Origin: an uncultured Actinomycetota bacterium
GTDB lineage: Bacteria; Actinomycetota; Actinomycetes; JAHEKZ01
Direction: 5' to 3'
DNA: 64,000 nucleotides
Assembly (NCBI GenBank): GCA_963829525.1
Contig: CAWHIJ010000003.1
Location: 1,344,001-1,408,000, forward strand
Position numbers and translations under genes: made by a program. Shown here piece by piece: positions 41,475-51,538 of this stretch. Below the pieces are notes generated by a model that was not told the DNA's origin, did no database searches, and worked only from the letters and a program-made list of their open reading frames with translations. Every line of letters starts with the position of its first letter. Position 1 is the first letter of the stretch.

Positions 41475-41582
41475 CAGACTCCTTGGTGATGGACGAACCG
41501 TATTACTGGTGTTTCCGGTGAAATGATCACGTTAGATGCAGTGGGGCTCAAGCAATCCCCTCGGATGTGCCGATAGAGGCGG

Positions 41583-41808
41583 TGTGACACCGAACTGCCC
41601 CGACCCGATCATCCGGGCAACACTGACCGCCGTTCACCGGCGCGACCACGCCCACGGCGCGGACCCCTGCCATCCGCACGAGGTTGAGGTCGTTCGTCTT
41701 GGCCACATGGCCATGACGGTATGCCATGACTGCAGCTATGAGTTTGGTTTCGACGACACCCACTCGTGCGAGCGGGTCGCCAGTGAGCACCGGGTGGCGA
41801 CTGCCTAG
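41583..41808 (+). CDS. Small His/Cys-rich putative metal-binding protein
   Basis: HRRDHAH, CHPH, CHDC, EHR; GAGG before GTG; start approximate. Confidence 0.5.
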
Positions 41809-41875
41809 ATCCACCGTGCGGAACGACGGCGGGTTCTCCGCCCTGACGGCGCAACTCCAGCTCCAGAATGAAGCC

Positions 41876-42647
41876 ATGAGCGAAGCACTGCGGGTCATGG
41901 TCACTGCCGGTGGAGGCGGGATTGGTGCTGTCATCGCCAGTTCATTCGCGCGCGATGGTGCTCGCGTCCACATCTGCGACCTCGCGGCGGAGGCGATTGA
42001 CGGACTCACGTCTCGCGAACCGTCCGTGGTTGGAAGCATCGTCGACCTGTCAGATGCGGAAGCCATCGACACCTGGTGCCGGTCGACCATCGATGTTCTC
42101 GGCGGCGTCGACGTCCTCGTCAACAACGCAGGTATTGCGGGGCCGACAGCCGATGTGGAGGACATCTCGCTCGAGGACTGGCGGCAATGCATTGCCATCG
42201 ACCTCGACAGCCACTTCCTCACGTGCCGTGCTGTCGTCCCGGTGATGAAGGAGCAGCGGTCTGGCTCGATCATCAACATGTCGTCCACGGCTGGACAGCT
42301 CGGCTACGGCCGTCGGACGCCCTATGCCGCCGCCAAATGGGCCGTGATCGGTCTGACCAAGTCACTGGCGATCGAGGTGGGGCGGTACGGCGTCCGGGTG
42401 AATGCCATCTGCCCTGGGTCGGTGCGTGGTGACCGCATGGACCGCGTGATTGCTGCCGAGGCCGCAACGCGCGGCGTCGAGCCTTCGGTGGTGGAGGCGT
42501 GAGTACACCGCATCGCAGTCGATCGCCCGCTTCGTCGACCCGCAGGAGATCGCCGACATGGCGGTCTTCCTGGGCTCGCCGCAGTCGCAGATGGTCAGTG
42601 GACAGGCCATCGCCGTCGATGGCCATACCGAGACCTACCACCTCTGA
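41876..42647 (+). CDS. SDR oxidoreductase (frameshift near 42500)
   Basis: TAGGGGIG, NNAG, YAAAK, NAICPG, SGQAIAVDG. Confidence 0.88.
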
Positions 42648-42703
42648 CAGCGCGCCGTCACACTCGACACTGAAACGGGGCCTCAAGAAGTTGTCCTGCT
42701 CGA

Positions 42704-43485
42704 TCAGCGACCGGTCCATTGGGGGGAGCGCTTCTCGGCGAAGGCGCGCGGACCCTCGAGCGCGTCCTCGGAGGCAATCATCGCCCGGTAGGCGGGTAGG
42801 TCGCCGCTCCGCAGCAGGCGGAAGCCCTCGTCGACGCGCATTCCTTCTGTCTCACGTGTCACTTCCAGCACCGCAGCAACAGCGAGCGGGGCTGACTCCT
42901 CGATTGCGGCGGCAAGCTCGAGGGCGGTGTCCAGTACATCTGCTGCCGGGACGACGCGGTTGACCAACCCCCAGCGCAGGGCCTCTTCTGCCGTGACGCG
43001 GCGTCCGGTGAGCAGCCACTCCATGGCGATCGCCTCGGGGACGCGGGCTGGGATTCGCAGCAAACCACCTGAGTCGGCGACGATGCCCGAGCTTGACCTC
43101 GGGCAGCGCGAACTCGGCGTGGTCGGCTGCGACGATGAGGTCGGCCGAGAGCGCGAGCTCGAAGCCGCCACCCATCGCCAGGCCGTTGACGGCGGCGATG
43201 ACGGGCTTGCCGATGTCGAAGAACTCGGTGAGGCCCGCGAAGCCGCCGGGGCTGTGCTCGGCGTCAACGGCCTCGCCATCGGCCGCGGCCTTGAGGTCCC
43301 ATCCGGCGCTGAAGAAGCGCTCGCCTGCCCCGGTGAGAACCGCAGTGCGCAGCGCCGGGTTGTCGCGCAGCTCGGCGAAAGGCCGCGTAGAGGTCCATGC
43401 TCGTGGCGACGTTGATCGCATTCGCCTTCGGGACGTCGAGGGTGACGAGCAGCGTGGCGCCGCGTACCTCGCTGTGGACTGTCAT
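42704..43485 (-). CDS. Enoyl-CoA hydratase, carnitinyl-CoA dehydratase (CaiD)-like (frameshifts)
   Basis: [41 protein letters not shown]. Confidence 0.83.
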
Positions 43486-44653
43486 CGACGTCTGTCCTTC
43501 CAGCGGACGCAGCAGCGCTCTTGAGATGATGTGCCGCTGGATCTCGCTCGTGCCGTCCCAGATGCGCTCGACGCGAGCGTCGCGCCACCATCGCTCGATC
43601 TTGTACTCGCGGACCAGCCCCATGCCGCCGAAGACCTGGACGGCGCGGTCGGTCACGCGTCCAAGGGTCTCGGTGGCCATCAGCTTGGCCATGGCGACGT
43701 CGGTGTCGGACACGGTGCCGTCGTCGACGCGCGATGCTGCCTGAAGGGTGAGCAGCTGGGCCGCCTCGATCTCGAGAGCGGAGTCCGCGAGCTGGAAGCT
43801 GAGGCCCTGGAAACGGCCGATCGGCTGGCCGAACTGCTCGCGGCTGACCGCCCACGAGAGGGCCTCTTGCAGGACGCGCTGAGCCCGACCGACCGAGTTC
43901 GCTGCGACGGCCAGGCGCGTCGCCCCGAGCCACTGGCCCATCAAGTCGAAGCCCCGTCCTTCCTCTCCGAGAAGCGCTGACTGCTGGCATGCGGACGTTG
44001 TCGAAGTGGAGCTCGCAGTGGTGGTAGCCGCGGTGCGAGACGCTGGGAGAGCCCTTGGTGATCGTGAGTCCCGGTAGATCTGAGTCGACCACGAAGGACG
44101 AGATCAGCTTTCGTGGTCCTCGGGAGGACTGCTCTTCGCCGGTGGCCGCGAACAAGATGATGAAGTCGGAGATGTCGGCGTGGCTGATGAAGTGCTTCGT
44201 GCCGTTGACCACCCAGTCATCGCCGTCGCGTCGCGCTGTCGTGGTCATGCCCCGTACATCGGAGCCGGCGCCGGGCTCGGTGATCGCCAGGCACTCCTGC
44301 TTCTCGCCGCGGACGGTAGGTAGCAGGTACTTGTCGATCTGGTCACCGGTGCACCCCATCAAGATGCGGCTGGGCCGTGCCACGAAGTGGTGCAGCGCGA
44401 AGGACGTGCGCCCCAGCTCTCGCTCGACGAGCGCCAGCGAGACGGCGTCCAGCCCGGCGCCCCCGACGTCCTCGGGCATGTTGGCGGCGTAGAGGCCAGC
44501 GGCTAGTGCCTTCGAGCGGATCGACTGCGCCAGCTCGGGGGTGACCTCGTCGAGCTGCTCGACCTCGTCCTCATGGGGCATCAGCTCGCGCTCGACGAAC
44601 TGGCGGACGGTGTCGACGATGGCACGCTGCTCGTCGGTCAGGGCGAAGTCCAT
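43482..44653 (-). CDS. Acyl-CoA dehydrogenase (frameshift near 43975)
   Basis: ITEPGAGSD, NGTKHFIS, REQFGQPI, RIWDGTSEIQR. Confidence 0.88.
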
Positions 44654-44667
44654 CGCGTACTACTCCT

Positions 44668-45239
44668 TCAGTCGGTGGGCTTGCGGGGTGGAAGCCCCAT
44701 GACGTGGCCAACGTAGTCGGGGACGGGGAGCGCGGCATGTGCTGACTCGATCGCCTTCAGCCGTTCGTAGAGATGGTCCGGCAGCGGTGCGACCTTGCCG
44801 GCCGCCATGTCGACGTGCAGCAGCATCTGCTCGGCCGTCGCTACCGGCAGTTCGGTCGTCGGCGTCCAGCACCTCGTGCACGATGTGGACGCGTTTGCGA
44901 TCGACGCCCAGCACCTGCAGCGTGAAGGTGAGGTGGTCACCCTCGTCGCACTCGCGTAGGTGGTGCAGGTGGGTCTCGGCCGTGTAGAGCGAGCCGCCGT
45001 TGGCGCGGTACTCCTCGTCGATGCCGAAGTAGCGGAAGAATGCGTCGGCGTTGTCGCCGACGACGAGCAGGTAGCTCGACTCACTCATGTGGCCGTTGTA
45101 GTCGCACCAGGCGTGCGCGACCGTCGCCTCGTGCAGGCGCAACGGGGCCTCGATGGGTGCCTCGGCGTCCCAACCGGCGTGCAGCTTGCCTTCGTTGGGG
45201 GTGGTGACCCGTCGCGGGGGGTTGGTGTCGCTCAGTCAT
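44668..45239 (-). CDS. Hot-dog thioesterase, CdhB-like (frameshifts)
   Basis: WCDYNGHMSE, YTAETH, EQMLLHVD. Confidence 0.8.
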
Positions 45240-45282
45240 GCCGTCCTTCCGCTGGATCCTTTGCTCGTGGCACGATCTGCCG

Positions 45283-45740
45283 GTGAGCAATGACACCGTA
45301 GTGAGTGCCCCGTACACAGCCTTCTCATGTAGCGTCCCGTCGTCGTCGATCGACTACAACGGGCACATGAACGACGCGGCGTACGCCCAGGTGCTGACCG
45401 ACGCCAACGAGATGTTCCTTGATGCTCTTGGGCTGAGCGCTGACTACCGGGAACGCACCGGCGGCGCCATGTACACCGTCGAGATCACCCTGAAGTTCCT
45501 GCACGAGGTGAATGCTGCTGACACGATTCGGGCGGAGTCGTGGGTGACGTCGTGCGACTCCAAGCGGTTGCGGCTGGCGACCACCTTGCTGGTCGGCGAC
45601 ACCCCAGTGGCGGCCGGTGACTCGCTCTACCTGCACGTCGACACCCGTAAGCGGCAAGGTCAGCCCGTTCCCCGATGGACCGGGCGCAGCTGCTGGCGCG
45701 CATGGAGAAGGCTCACGACGAGGCGTCTGCTCCCCGCTGA
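45283..45740 (+). CDS. Second hot-dog thioesterase, antisense to the cluster (3' frameshifts)
   Basis: IDYNGHMNDAAY, YTVE..FLHEV, YLHVDT. Confidence 0.78.
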
Positions 45741-46756
45741 ACCAGGCTGGTCTCGTACTGCTTGAGCACGGCGCCGGCCGCGTAGTCGCGGCCGCGCAGG
45801 CCTTGCAGGACGCCGACCAGGCAGTCGTCGCTGCAGCCGCTCGAGCTCGCGGACGTCGGCACCGGCGGCCTGAGCGTCGGACTGCTGCTCGATGCGGTCG
45901 AGCAGCTCGTCGGTGAGCTCGGGGACGTCGGTGAGCTTGCTCCACGGCCACTGCAGCGCGGGGCCGAACTGGGCCATGAAGTGGCGCATGCCGCCCTCGC
46001 CGCCGGCGATCCGGTAGGTGAGCATCGTGCCCATGGATGCCCATCGGAGGCCGGCGCCGTAGCGAATGGCGTCGTCGACCTGCTCGACCGTGGCGACGCC
46101 GTCGTTGACAAGCCACAGCGCCTCGCGCCACAGCGCCTCGAGCAGCCGGTCGGCGACGAAGCCGTCGATCTCGTGCTGCAGGACAAGCGGTTTCATGCCG
46201 AGCGACCGGTAGACGTCGGCGGCGCGGGTGATCGACATCTGCAGAGGTGCTCCTTGCCCGGGCAGACCTCGACGAGCGGCAGCAGGTAGACCGGGTTGAA
46301 CGGGTGCCCGACGACGAGGCGCTCGGGGTGCTTCATGTCGCTCTGCAGCAGTGTCGGCAAGATGCCAGACGTCGAGCTGCCGAAGACAACGTCAGGTCCG
46401 GCGGCTTCACTGGCGGCGGCAAGGAGTGAGCGCTTGATCTGCTCGTTCTCTGGCGCGCTCTCCTGCACGAACTGCACGCCGCTGGCGGCCTCCTGCGGGG
46501 TGGTAGCCCTGGTGAGCGACCCCTGTGCAGGAAGCGGGGCGTCGGTCAGCGAGCTCCAGGCGCGGCGTGCGTTGGCCAGCATCTCGTCGACCTTGCGCTC
46601 GGCCTCGGGGTCGGGGTCGAACAGCTGGACGTCGACTCCGTTGATCAGGAACCGAGCTGCCCAGCCGCCACCGATGACCCCGCCGCCGAGCAGACCGGCC
46701 CTGGCCAGGCCGAGCTGCTCTGGCGACTGGACCGCCTCAGGCGCGGCGTCAGCCAT
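45713..46756 (-). CDS. cdhA: L-carnitine dehydrogenase (3-hydroxyacyl-CoA DH family; frameshifts)
   Basis: GGGVIGGGWAARF, QESAPE, GHPFNPVYLLPLVE, DRLLEALWRE, GGEGGMRHFMAQFGP. Confidence 0.83.
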
Positions 46757-47657
46757 GCTTGACCAGGCCCAGCTTGTCGCGCACCTCAGCTGGCGACATG
46801 ACGCGTACGTTCATGGCCTCGAGCAGGGTCTTGGCGCGCCCGACGAGGTCGCCGTTGCTGGCGAGAACACCCTTGGAGAGGTAGAGGTTGTCCTCGAGTC
46901 CGACGCGGACGTTGGCACCGACCAGTGGCGCGAGAGCGGCGTACGGAAGCTGGAATCGGCCGATGGAGAACATCGAGAAGACCGAGCCGGTCGGCAGGTT
47001 GTTGATCATCGACTGCAGGGTGAGGACGTCGTTCGGCGCGCCGTAAGGGATGCCCATGCACAGCTGGATCATCGCCGGGTCGTCGATCAGCCCCTCCTTG
47101 ACGAGCTCATTCAGCAGCACGAGGTCTCCGGTGTCGAAGATCTCGACCTCCGGCTTGACGCCGAGGTCCTTGATGCCCTTGGCCATGGCGCGCACCATGC
47201 CCGGGGTGTTCACCATGATGTAGTCGCCACCGGCGGCGAAGTTCATCGTGCCCGCGTCCAGCGTGCAGATCTCCGGCTTGAGCTCGGCGACGTGCTGGAG
47301 CCGCTCGGTGACCGACGCCATGTCGGTGCCGGCGTCGTTGGGGGGAGAGGTGCGTCGACGCCGCCGAGGACGAGGTCGCCGCCCATGCCGGTGGTGAGGT
47401 TGAGGACGACGTCGACCTTGGAGTCGCGGATCCGCTCGACGGCCTCGCGGAAGAGCTCGGGGCGCCTGCGATCCCTTGCCGGTCTCGGGGTCGCGCACGT
47501 GCACGTGCACGACGGCGGCGCCGGCCTCCGCTGCCTCGATCGCCGACGCAGCGATCTGCTCGGGGGTCACCGGGACCTTGTCGCTGATCCCGGCTGAGTC
47601 ACCTGAGCCGGTGAGGGCGCAGGTGATGAAGGCGGATGACTGCAGGGGGAGCGACAC
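46749..47657 (-). CDS. cdhC: Beta-keto acid cleavage enzyme (BKACE; dehydrocarnitine cleavage-like; internal frameshifts)
   Basis: ITCALTG, PVTPEQIA, HVHVRDP, CTLDAGTMNF, VRVGLEDN. Confidence 0.85.
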   Translation of the reverse strand: MSLPLQSSAFITCALTGSGDSAGISDKVPVTPEQIAASAIEAAEAGAAVVHVHVRDPETGKGSQAPRALPRGRRADPRLQGRRRPQPHHRHGRRPRPRRRRRTSPPNDAGTDMASVTERLQHVAELKPEICTLDAGTMNFAAGGDYIMVNTPGMVRAMAKGIKDLGVKPEVEIFDTGDLVLLNELVKEGLIDDPAMIQLCMGIPYGAPNDVLTLQSMINNLPTGSVFSMFSIGRFQLPYAALAPLVGANVRVGLEDNLYLSKGVLASNGDLVGRAKTLLEAMNVRVMSPAEVRDKLGLVKHG

Positions 47658-47702
47658 GGTGACCTCCGGGCGGAGTGGTGGAGTAGCCGGGGCCGCCTCA
47701 CG

Positions 47703-47728
47703 ATGCATTAATTGCATTATGTGAACAT
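47703..47728. promoter_or_regulatory. AT-rich palindromic operator candidate in the cdhC/IclR divergent promoter
   Basis: ATGCATTAATTGCAT overlapping TTGCATTATGTGAACA. Confidence 0.45.
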
Positions 47729-47788
47729 CCGTCTACTATCGTGCGACGACGCTAGAAGCCTCGATGAGAGGCTGTCAAGGAGTTCGCG

Positions 47789-48571
47789 ATGAATCCGTCC
47801 GAGCATTCCACAAGGCGACCTGGGCCAGCCCAGTCGGTGCAGTCGGTCGACCGGGCTCTCGATCTGCTTGGCCGCTGTCGCTGCCAGCGAGCAAGCACCG
47901 TCGGTGGCCGAGCTGGCGCAGCCCACTGCGGCATCAACCGCAGCACTGCATGGCGACTGCTTGCCACGCTGGAGGCGCACGGGATGGTCGAGCGGGCGTC
48001 GGCGTCCAGTGGATTTCGAGTGGGCTACGGGGCCGTCCGGCTGGGTGCGGCAGCAGACGAGGCGTCTGTGGTGCGGCGGGTCCGGCCGGCACTGGAGGAC
48101 CTGTCGGCGGCGACGGGCGAGACGGTGAGCCTCGCGCTGGTCAAGACAGCGAGCCTTCGGTACGTCGACCACCTCTCGGTGATCGGTGCCACCTTTGCCC
48201 CGTGGACCGAGGAGCGCGTCTCGTTGCACTCGACGTCGAGCGGCAAGATCTTCCTCGCGTGGCTCTCCGAGGCTGAGCGTGAGGGCGCACTGCCGTCGAC
48301 GCTCGAGCGGTTCACCGAGAACACCACGGTAGACCGCCAGGCGCTGGAGACCGAGCTCGCCGAAGCACGACGGCTTGGCTATGCGTGCTGTCGCGGGGAG
48401 GACGCCGCACTCACCAACGGGGTTTCGGCGGCGGTGCTGGACGCCCGCCGGCGTCCGATCGCGGTGGTCAACATCTGGGGGCCGGAGCGACGCATCCCGA
48501 CAGACCGCTTCGCCGAGCTTGGGCCTGCCGTTGTGCAGACAGCTGACCGCGTGGCAGCTTTGCTGGCATGA
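47789..48571 (+). CDS. IclR-family transcriptional regulator (compensating shifts in the HTH)
   Basis: VQSVDRALDLL, RSTAWRLLATL, TGETV, HSTSSGK. Confidence 0.88.
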   Translation: MNPSEHSTRRPGPAQSVQSVDRALDLLGRCRCQRASTVGGRAGAAHCGINRSTAWRLLATLEAHGMVERASASSGFRVGYGAVRLGAAADEASVVRRVRPALEDLSAATGETVSLALVKTASLRYVDHLSVIGATFAPWTEERVSLHSTSSGKIFLAWLSEAEREGALPSTLERFTENTTVDRQALETELAEARRLGYACCRGEDAALTNGVSAAVLDARRRPIAVVNIWGPERRIPTDRFAELGPAVVQTADRVAALLA

Positions 48572-49680
48572 AGAACCCCGAATGGCAGTCCGGTCCCTTC
48601 AACCGCTGGTCGTTTCAGCACGTCGACGAGGTCGTTGATGGCGTTGTGCTGACGCGCGGTGACGGGCCGGTGCTCGAGCTGGTCGACGCCCCCCTGTCGC
48701 TCGGACCGGACCTTGACACCTTTCTGGACCGGTCGTACACCGACGGCTTCATCGTTCTCCGCGGTCGTGAAGTGTTGTGTGAGCGGTACCTGAACGGCAT
48801 GACCCCGACGACCAAGCACCTACTCCAGTCTGTGTCGAAGTCGATGTGTTCGGCCATCTTCGGGCAGTTTGTCGCCAGCGGCGCTGTGTCTGTTGATGAC
48901 GCCGTTTCGCTCTATGTGCCCGAGCTCGCCGAGTCTGCCTACGGGGATGCCACCGTTCAGCAAGTTCTCGACATGACCGTGGCAGTGCAGTACAACGAGG
49001 ACTACGCCAACCCCGACTCCGAGGTGCAGACCCACGAGAGAGCCGGTGGCTGGCGCCCCTCACTGCCCGGCGATCCGGTTGATACCTACGAGTTCCTTTC
49101 GACGCTCAAGAAGTCGGGAGACCACGGGAAGACATTCTCTTACTGCTCGGCCAATACCGACGTGCTGGCCTGGATTCTCGAGCGGGTCAGCGGTCGTACC
49201 TTTGCCGACATGCTGGCGACTGACCTGTGGTCGAAGATCGGAGCCGAGGACGAGGCGTTTGTAACGGTCGACGCGACGGGCTTTCCGATGGCCAACGGCG
49301 GGATCAACGTGACCTTGCGCGATCTGGCACGATTCGGTCGGGTCGTCCTCGATCGGGGCTTGGGGCCGGACGGCCACCCGGTGATCCCGCCGGAGTGGAT
49401 CGATGACACGTGCCGAGGTGGCGATCCCGCTCTAGCAGCGGAGAGCATGGGCGAGGTCCACCCCAGAGGGAGCTACCGAAACCAATTCTGGATCTCCGGT
49501 GACTCCCATGGGTGCTTCTACGGCATCGGGATCTATGGCCAGTACGTCTGGATGGACCCAGCGTCAGACGTCGTGGTGGCCAAGGTGTCGTCCTTGCCCG
49601 CGGCCGACGACGATGCACAGTGGGCTGAGCATGTCGGTTTCCTCGACAATCTGACGCACAGGGTGTTGGCGCCCGAGTAG
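48568..49680 (+). CDS. Serine hydrolase, beta-lactamase fold (NylB-like)
   Basis: SVSK (SxxK), YCSANT, RDLARFG, GIYGQ. Confidence 0.88.
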   Translation: MKNPEWQSGPFNRWSFQHVDEVVDGVVLTRGDGPVLELVDAPLSLGPDLDTFLDRSYTDGFIVLRGREVLCERYLNGMTPTTKHLLQSVSKSMCSAIFGQFVASGAVSVDDAVSLYVPELAESAYGDATVQQVLDMTVAVQYNEDYANPDSEVQTHERAGGWRPSLPGDPVDTYEFLSTLKKSGDHGKTFSYCSANTDVLAWILERVSGRTFADMLATDLWSKIGAEDEAFVTVDATGFPMANGGINVTLRDLARFGRVVLDRGLGPDGHPVIPPEWIDDTCRGGDPALAAESMGEVHPRGSYRNQFWISGDSHGCFYGIGIYGQYVWMDPASDVVVAKVSSLPAADDDAQWAEHVGFLDNLTHRVLAPE

Positions 49681-49748
49681 CGCGCTGACCACCGGTCGAC
49701 TGTGGGCTGGTCAGGTCCACGGGTCTCTCGTCTGACACGCTGGCTCCC

Positions 49749-51536
49749 GTGGCGCCCAGGAACCTGCTCAACATCGAGGACGCCGAAAAGACCTTTGGTC
49801 GCGAGCCGGTCTTAAATGGTGTCTCGCTTGGTGTCGCTGTAGGTGAGCGGATCGGCGTCGTAGGACGCAACGGTGGCGGAAAGTCCACGCTGCTCAAGGT
49901 GATGGCTGGGCTGGAGACGGCCGACTCCGGCCGGGTGACGCGTGCAAGCACGCTGCAGCTTGGCGTCCTGGCACAGGTGACGACCTTCACCCCTGACCAG
50001 ACAATCGCCGAGTTCACCCTTGGCGACCGCGACGAGCACGACTGGGCGTCGGAGGCTCGATCGCGTGAGATTCTCGCCGCGTTGCTGGGCGGGTTCGACG
50101 CAGCGCGGCTAGGGCGCGTGATGGGCGAGCTCTCCGGCGGTGAGCAGCGCCGCGTCCAGCTCGCCCACCTCTTGCTCCAGAACCTCGATCTCTTGCTGTT
50201 GGACGAGCCGACGAACCACCTCGACGTGGAAGCTGTTGACTGGTTGGCGCGACATCTGCGGTCGCGGCCAACAATGTCGGTCGTGGTGGTGACGCACGAT
50301 CGTTGGTTCCTTGATGAGGTCAGCGACCGCATGTGGGAGGTCGTCGATGGCGGCGTCGAGGAGTATGAGGGTGGCTACTCGGCCTTCGTACTTGCCAAGG
50401 CCGAGCGGGAGCGACAGTCGAACGTCGAGCAGCAGCGGCGCAACAATTTGATCCGTAAAGAGCTGGCATGGCTGCGCAGAGGACCACCGGCGCGTACGTC
50501 GAAACCGAAGTTCCGCATCGATGCCGCCAACGAACTGATCTCCGGAGAGCCACCGCCGCGCAACCAGGTTGAGTTGCTTGCGTTCGCCGGAGCCCGGCTG
50601 GGGAGGACGGTCTTCGAAACCCACGACGTCTCCCTGTCATTCGGCGATCGTCAGCTGCTCGACCACCTCACCTGGGATGTTGGGCCTGGCGACCGCATCG
50701 GAGTGATCGGTGTCAATGGTGCGGGCAAGACTTCACTGGTGCGGCTGCTTCTCGGTCTGCAGCAGCCGACGGCGGGGCGGGCCGTTGTCGGCGTCACGGT
50801 GAAGGCTGCCTATCTGTCGCAGCACCTGGAAGAGCTCGACCCCACCTGGCGGGTGCTTGAAGCCGTCGAGAAGGTTGCTCAACGCGTTGAGCTGAGCAAA
50901 GGTCGAGAGCTGTCGGCAACTCAACTGTGTGAGCGCCTCGGCTTCGGCGGCGACGCGCAGTGGACGCCGGTCGGGGATCTCTCGGGGGGAGAGCGGCGCA
51001 GACTCCAGCTGACCCGGCTGTTGATGGGCGGGCCGAACGTTCTGGTGCTCGACGAGCCGACGAACGACTTCGACGTCGAGACGCTGACGGCGCTGGAAGA
51101 TCTGCTCGACTCGTTCGGCGGAACCCTCCTGGTGATCTCGCACGACCGGTACTTCCTGGAGCGGGTGTGCGACCGCCTCGTGGCCCTGATGGGAGATGGG
51201 GCGGTTCGTGACCTTCCCGGCGGCCTGGAGCAGTACCTCGAGCTGATCCACAGCAACCAGGAGCGACAGCCACCTGCCGGTGCGCGCGCGGCGCGGGCTA
51301 AGTCACCGACCAAGACTGCTCGCCTGGACGAGCGCGCCCAGCGCAAGGAGCTCGCACGGTTGGAGCGGCTCATGTCCCAGCTCAGTGACAAGGAGGCAGA
51401 GCTGCATCGGGCGATGTCCGAGAGCGCGACGGACCACGTCCGGGTCAGCGAGCTGAACGATCAGCTTCGTGAGGTGACATCGGAGAAGTTCGCGGCCGAG
51501 GACGCCTGGCTCGCACTGTCCGTCGACTCCGAGTAG
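49749..51536 (+). CDS. ABC-F family ATP-binding protein (Uup-like)
   Basis: Two ABC domains (GRNGGGKS, GVNGAGKT, LSGGE x2, DEPTN x2), no TM, C-terminal coiled coil. Confidence 0.92.
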   Translation: MAPRNLLNIEDAEKTFGREPVLNGVSLGVAVGERIGVVGRNGGGKSTLLKVMAGLETADSGRVTRASTLQLGVLAQVTTFTPDQTIAEFTLGDRDEHDWASEARSREILAALLGGFDAARLGRVMGELSGGEQRRVQLAHLLLQNLDLLLLDEPTNHLDVEAVDWLARHLRSRPTMSVVVVTHDRWFLDEVSDRMWEVVDGGVEEYEGGYSAFVLAKAERERQSNVEQQRRNNLIRKELAWLRRGPPARTSKPKFRIDAANELISGEPPPRNQVELLAFAGARLGRTVFETHDVSLSFGDRQLLDHLTWDVGPGDRIGVIGVNGAGKTSLVRLLLGLQQPTAGRAVVGVTVKAAYLSQHLEELDPTWRVLEAVEKVAQRVELSKGRELSATQLCERLGFGGDAQWTPVGDLSGGERRRLQLTRLLMGGPNVLVLDEPTNDFDVETLTALEDLLDSFGGTLLVISHDRYFLERVCDRLVALMGDGAVRDLPGGLEQYLELIHSNQERQPPAGARAARAKSPTKTARLDERAQRKELARLERLMSQLSDKEAELHRAMSESATDHVRVSELNDQLREVTSEKFAAEDAWLALSVDSE

Positions 51537-51538
51537 GC

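Noticed and set aside
41518-41530. CRP-like site upstream of heliorhodopsin (GTGA-N5-TCAC)
   Set aside because: The spacer is 5 rather than 6 nt.
42704-44653. 649-aa acyl-CoA DH/hydratase fusion ORF and in-frame read-through near 43485
   Set aside because: The middle of the ORF is off-frame nonsense. The junction looks like an ATGA overlap in an indel-rich block, so a true fusion is unsupported.
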